Shown one piece after another: positions 48,691-50,483 of a stretch of DNA of 50,483 nucleotides. Numbering within the stretch: the stretch's first letter is position 1; each line of letters begins with the position of its first letter. Position numbers and translations under genes: made by a program. A model generated the notes under the pieces. The model made no database searches. It was given only the letters and a program-made list of their open reading frames with translations, and was not told the DNA's origin. The stretch comes from an uncultured Oligoflexus sp. (GTDB taxonomy: Bacteria > Bdellovibrionota_B > Oligoflexia > Oligoflexales > Oligoflexaceae), in contig CAXSGP010000026.1 in assembly GCA_964236955.1 (NCBI GenBank), positions 1 to 50,483 on the forward strand, in the 5' to 3' direction.

Positions 48691-49599
48691 TTATAAGACC
48701 TTTTCGATAGCCTTGGCGAGGTCCGCAAAAGTTTCAAGTATAAAATCCGGCTGAGGGCTCTCACTGTTGAAAGGATCGAGAGGGGCGTTTTTAGCCACGT
48801 TGCCCTGCGGACTGAATTGGAGCAGAAGCTCTTTGGACTCGGGACGAATCACCGTTCCGTAGCGCGCCCAGCCCGTGTGGACTCCGAGACGCTTGCCAAG
48901 CGCCACATCCTTACGAAGGTTATCGCCGACCCAGAGGACATCGCCGAGGTGCGGCTCCATCTCGTAGTCCATGAGAACTGTCTTGAGGCCTTTGGTTCCA
49001 GGCTTTTCATAGTCGTCGGGCAGAATGCGTATCCGGCCCTCAAATCCAAACTTGGATTTTTGTAAATGCTTCATCAGAATTTCTTTATCGACTTTGACTT
49101 CCTGGGTCTTGTCATCGATGGGGATATTTGGATCGGGAAGTCCATAAACAGCCGAGAAAAAGCGCAGAAGACCAAGTTTATTGAGTTTCCACATCGCGAC
49201 ATAACGCGGGGCATCGGTCAGGGCTATGATAGGGACGTCCGGAAAACGTTCGCGTACGATCTCCAAAGTGGAAATCACATCATCGTAAGGTTTCAAAGTG
49301 GTTTCGGCCGTGGTGTTGAAGGCTTGACGTCCGGTTTCAACCGCTTCCCTGAGAAGTCTCATAACGTCGTGCTGATAATATTCCAGTACCGAAGGAAGCT
49401 GTTGAATGAGGAAGGGATATTCGATCGATCCTTCCCTTTCAAAAACGACCCGTGCTTCTTCAAAGAGAATGCGGCGATCGATTCCAGTCACAAGTGTGAC
49501 CCGGTCCATGAGGGCACACATGCAGGCCACATAATATTCGACCCAGTTGAAAACTGTATTGTCGATGTCCAGGACTATGAGTTTGTGTGGCTTTTCCAT
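48691..49599 (-). CDS. HAD-superfamily hydrolase
   Basis: Motif I LDIDNT, motif II ALTD, motif III KP, motif IV VGDN..KD. Confidence 0.88.
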   Translation of the reverse strand: MEKPHKLIVLDIDNTVFNWVEYYVACMCALMDRVTLVTGIDRRILFEEARVVFEREGSIEYPFLIQQLPSVLEYYQHDVMRLLREAVETGRQAFNTTAETTLKPYDDVISTLEIVRERFPDVPIIALTDAPRYVAMWKLNKLGLLRFFSAVYGLPDPNIPIDDKTQEVKVDKEILMKHLQKSKFGFEGRIRILPDDYEKPGTKGLKTVLMDYEMEPHLGDVLWVGDNLRKDVALGKRLGVHTGWARYGTVIRPESKELLLQFSPQGNVAKNAPLDPFNSESPQPDFILETFADLAKAIEKVL

Positions 49600-49694
49600 G
49601 ACTTACGCTCCTCGGCATAGAGACTCGGCCTGTAATAGCACAATCGCGGGATTAGCCAAAAAGAAATTGCAGTCTTTACCTGGACTTTAAGTCT

Positions 49695-50483
49695 TTATCT
49701 AGGCCAATGCAGTTTAATAAAAGCGTCTGGCAATCCCAGTTCTTTCGCATAGGCGATGTCTATGCCTATGAGACGTAAGGAGAGAAAGTGTTTCACCCAC
49801 TCGTCCCCTTCCAGAATCAATTTTTTCCATGAATCGTCGGCGACGACTTCACCTTCCTTAATCAAAATGACGCGTTCGGCAAAACGAATGGCAATCTCCA
49901 CCGATGAGGTGGAAACAAGACCGGCACTTTCCTTGGTTTCTCCGCCAAGCTCATGGATCATATTGAGGATGATGGTTGACGTCACCGGATCGAGGCCGGA
50001 GGTCGGTTCGTCGAAAATGGATATCACAGGGCTGGTTGCCAACGCTCTGGCAATGCCTATACGGCGCTTCATACCCCCCGACAGTTCATGGGGAAACATC
50101 TTGCGGGTCCGCTCGAGCTTGACAATTCCAAGAAGCTGATCGATTTTCTCCGACATTTCCTTCTTGGACATCTTCGTCATGTTTTCCATGGCGAAGGAGA
50201 TGTTTTCCTCGACAGTCATAAAATCAAAAAGCGCACCTTGCTGGAACGCCATACCCACTCTTTGCAAAGTGACAATTTTTTCCGATTCGCTGCTTTTGAC
50301 CATATCGCGGCCCAAAAGTTCTACTTTTCCGTGGTCTGGAGCTGTTAAACCAAGGAGTATCTTGAGAATAGTGGACTTGCCGCAACCCCCCGGACCGAGC
50401 AGACTCACCCTTTCACCCGAAGCTATTTTAAAGCTAATGTTTTTCAAGATGGGCGTATTATCGTATGATTTCGAAACGGCATC
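49695..50483 (-). CDS. MlaF/Mkl-like ABC ATP-binding protein (5' end outside window)
   Basis: GPGGCGKS, FQQGALFDFMTV.ENI.F, PHELSGGMKRRIGIARAL, FDEPTSGLDPVTS; frame stays open to the window edge. Confidence 0.85.
   Translation of the reverse strand, partial: DAVSKSYDNTPILKNISFKIASGERVSLLGPGGCGKSTILKILLGLTAPDHGKVELLGRDMVKSSESEKIVTLQRVGMAFQQGALFDFMTVEENISFAMENMTKMSKKEMSEKIDQLLGIVKLERTRKMFPHELSGGMKRRIGIARALATSPVISIFDEPTSGLDPVTSTIILNMIHELGGETKESAGLVSTSSVEIAIRFAERVILIKEGEVVADDSWKKLILEGDEWVKHFLSLRLIGIDIAYAKELGLPDAFIKLHWPR

Noticed and set aside
1..50483. CRISPR arrays, tRNA/rRNA genes, prophage, integrase or anti-phage defence operons
   Set aside because: No repeat-spacer pattern, cloverleaf or rRNA signature, or recognisable phage or defence protein motif was seen

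Overview
Chromosomal window of about 50% GC from a Gram-negative bacterium. Gene content (DUF4360 pair, GldF-GldG fusion, REC-CheX fusion, fused 2-oxoacid dehydrogenase E1, Bdellovibrio-like outer-membrane protein) suggests Bdellovibrionota/Oligoflexia; this is inference only. The left arm carries a pilin-like gene, fused E1, mutS2 and a pilD-GGDEF-thioesterase-DUF4105/Lnb operon. The middle is rich in general-stress genes: LysR, an IS5-family scar, katE, two ferritin-like genes, cyanophycinase, DUF4112, a BON lipoprotein, CsbD, Rof, and a complete stressosome operon (rsbR-rsbS-rsbT-phosphatase) followed by two hybrid histidine kinases. The right arm has a Gld-like ABC system with a degenerate ATPase, MATE, HAD and a truncated MlaF-like ATPase. 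I found no rRNA, tRNA, CRISPR array or intact mobile element. The main non-annotated signals are: (i) repeated sigma54-type GG-N10-GC promoters in front of stress genes and the stressosome, suggesting a stressosome/sigma54-wired general stress response; (ii) a k-turn-like structured leader before an OmpA lipoprotein; (iii) a perfect H-type pseudoknot between the convergent ferritin-like and cphB genes; (iv) a FliA-type promoter on a pilin-like gene. All protein calls come from motif recognition by eye, with no database search.
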